Shown here: positions 62,001 to 64,000 of the stretch, in pieces
Layout: each line of letters starts with the position of its first letter
How positions within the stretch are numbered: position 1 is the stretch's first letter
From: Takakia lepidozioides
Taxonomy: Eukaryota; Plantae; Bryophyta
Assembly: GCA_030704615.1 (NCBI GenBank)
Contig: CM060731.1
Span: forward strand, 57,660,001-57,724,000
Length of the DNA: 64,000 nt
Reading direction: 5' to 3'
Program-made: the position numbers and the translations under genes
The notes under the pieces: generated by a model
What the model was told of the DNA's origin: nothing
Database searches by the model: none
Seen by the model: only the letters and a program-made list of their open reading frames with translations

Positions 62001-64000
62001 GATGGGAAAACCTGCAACGGGAGGACCGCCTATGTCCAGCTTGCACATGGCACAACTGGGAAATTGAAACTGAAGAACACTTTTTCTATTGCCCTCTATA
62101 GAGATTCCACTGTCTATTCCGCGGCACTCAATCTCTCACTGAAGTTTTGCATATGAGGATCAGATTCAATGCTTGGCAGCTTACCTGCACGAGGCCTTCA
62201 CCCTTACACAATCCCTCCAGCACTACTTTTATTTTTGGCTCTGATTTTGTTTCCTCTCTCGAACATAAAGCACCATTTCATTTCGCTTCTCATGTTTTTT
62301 TCCATTTTGTCCCATAAGCTTTATGAGCTTTCCGCGGATGTTATAAAGTACCATATCGTTTCTACTTCTATTATTATTTCTTCTTTATAAAGTATGATTT
62401 CATTTCTATGTACTACTTCTTTCTCTACTCTAAAACCCAGCGACTAGATCCAGAGGATTATATATAGAGGGACATTCTCTAAAGGAACAGCAAGTAAGTA
62501 AAACTCTTTTTTCTCTGCCTCTCAAAGTGGAACGTACAGCTCATTTCAAATACTGGTTTTTGAAAGACAGCCTGTTTGAGACTAATAGAGTGCATGTCAC
62601 CTGAAGTTCCCTCTGTCGTCAACAGATGTCACTAGCAATCCACCGATAACCCCTGCAATGTCGTGGCTTCCAAATGTCACGATTTTCTCATGGAATGACA
62701 TCCATCTTTTTCTCTGATGTGTGATCATTACGCTTCTGGCAATATCATATCCTATGACAACGGGATTTGCATCATAAAACACACACAAGAAAAACTGAAT
62801 CTTAGAAAACAGTGTTGCAGCGATCTCTAACCAAAGGACAGTTATTTCGATATTGGAGGAGGAAACTGCACCAAGGAGGAGGGCAGCCCCAGCCTCATGG
62901 ACGATCATGATTTTTTTTCTCGCAATACATGCCCTATGACAAAGGTGCAACCCAACGTGATGATTTGGAGCAGTATAGAGAAACTGGCTACATCTTGCTC
63001 CACACTTGAAGCCTCCGGTGCATCCGAAAGCGGTCCATACGAAAGAGGTGCATTCGAAACTCCATTTTTCCCCGACTTTGTCTCCTCTTTCTCTCCTACT
63101 GCTGCATTTCACAGTCATTTAACCGCAGCAAAGCCTTACACCCATAATGGCAACCAGCCCCTGCACCCCAAGCTGGATCCATGACCAACAAACAAACAAG
63201 AAGCAAATTGCAGCAATTGGGGGTGCCCCTCCCTTGTTGCTTTGGGTTAGAGGGCAACCACCTTTCATTTGTCCCAAGATTTGGACACGTCTCAAGTCCC
63301 AACGTACTTACCTGTCATCTTGTCCCTAGAGGTAACCCTTCTTAACAATGGGTACAGGCCCACTAGAATAGTGGGTCCCCCGTCCACATCGACTATGACC
63401 ATTCATGTATCGGAACAATCTTCTTCTCCAGTGGATTGGAATTGTGGGCTGCTGTTTTGAAGTGATGCTTGTGGAGCATTGGGTTTTCTACATGAGGTGG
63501 TGGCTAGAGCTATCACTGCCCAGAAGCTGCACACGGTGGTTTTCACAGAGAATCCCAAGATCTCTAGATTGCAAACTTAACCGCTCGAAGAAGGTCCTTG
63601 GGTTTGGGAGTAAGAAACCCCCATGGGCGGTAGCAGAGGTGGTCACCATCCCACATGGTCGATGGGTATCAGAATTTGGATCCAATTCTCTCGTACAAAT
63701 ACGAGCTACATGGAAATCTCAAGACGGGAGTCGACATTCTGGGGGGATGGCAGATTTTGGTCGAGGGCAGAAGCTGGTGAAACAGAGGCTTTGGAGGACC
63801 GTGAGTATCATCCACAATGGGCGATTATGAGCTCCTTGCCTATCTTCTGCAAAGTTTGTACTTTCCGGTATAATAGTATATGTGATTTGTGTCCATGAGG
63901 CAGAGAAAGAGCTCAGGGCAACTTGCAGCAATGTTATCCAAAGCTACAGTAGTAGTCTTCAATAAGGACTGAGAAATTCTCGCACGTAGGTCAAGCAATC

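Noticed and set aside
62140-62360. Similarity to 48830-48990 and weakly to about 21860
   Set aside because: Short non-coding dispersed homology with no associated PPR coding sequence; significance unclear.
60940-64000. Possible non-LTR retrotransposon remnants
   Set aside because: Only weak, fragmented similarity and no diagnostic motif that I can support.

Overview
This is repeat-rich nuclear DNA from a land plant, probably a non-seed lineage (inferred from the gene and TE content). It contains two host genes. The first is a PLS-class PPR-E-DYW RNA-editing factor (last exon 17867-21085) whose upstream exons appear to encode tandem OSB-type 'PDF' motifs. The second is an intronless glutaredoxin/Cys-rich gene (24892-26550, minus strand). 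Most of the remainder is nested transposons. The main discovery is a group of Ty3/Gypsy-type retrotransposons: one near-complete copy (38718-57559, minus), one internally deleted copy (29128-36389, plus) and one truncated copy (from 10090). These elements (i) encode a DNMT3-like C5 cytosine methyltransferase between protease and RT, plus a PHD finger after a DDE integrase; (ii) lack a tRNA PBS and instead show co-varying Tf1-like self-priming complementarity; and (iii) have split direct repeats (A-internal-B-A-B) rather than two LTRs. Their integrated ends come from a palindrome (CA-GC-TG) inside the LTR, with a 4-bp TSD and an imprecise LTR-LTR joint. This points to integration from a 2-LTR circle by cleavage at an internal att site. 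Also present: a Pack-CACTA carrying PDF/PPR gene fragments, captured MAD1 and rpL12 fragments in a retroelement leader, and pogo, MULE, LINE, hAT and MITE remnants. All protein-family calls are by motif recognition only; no searches were run.
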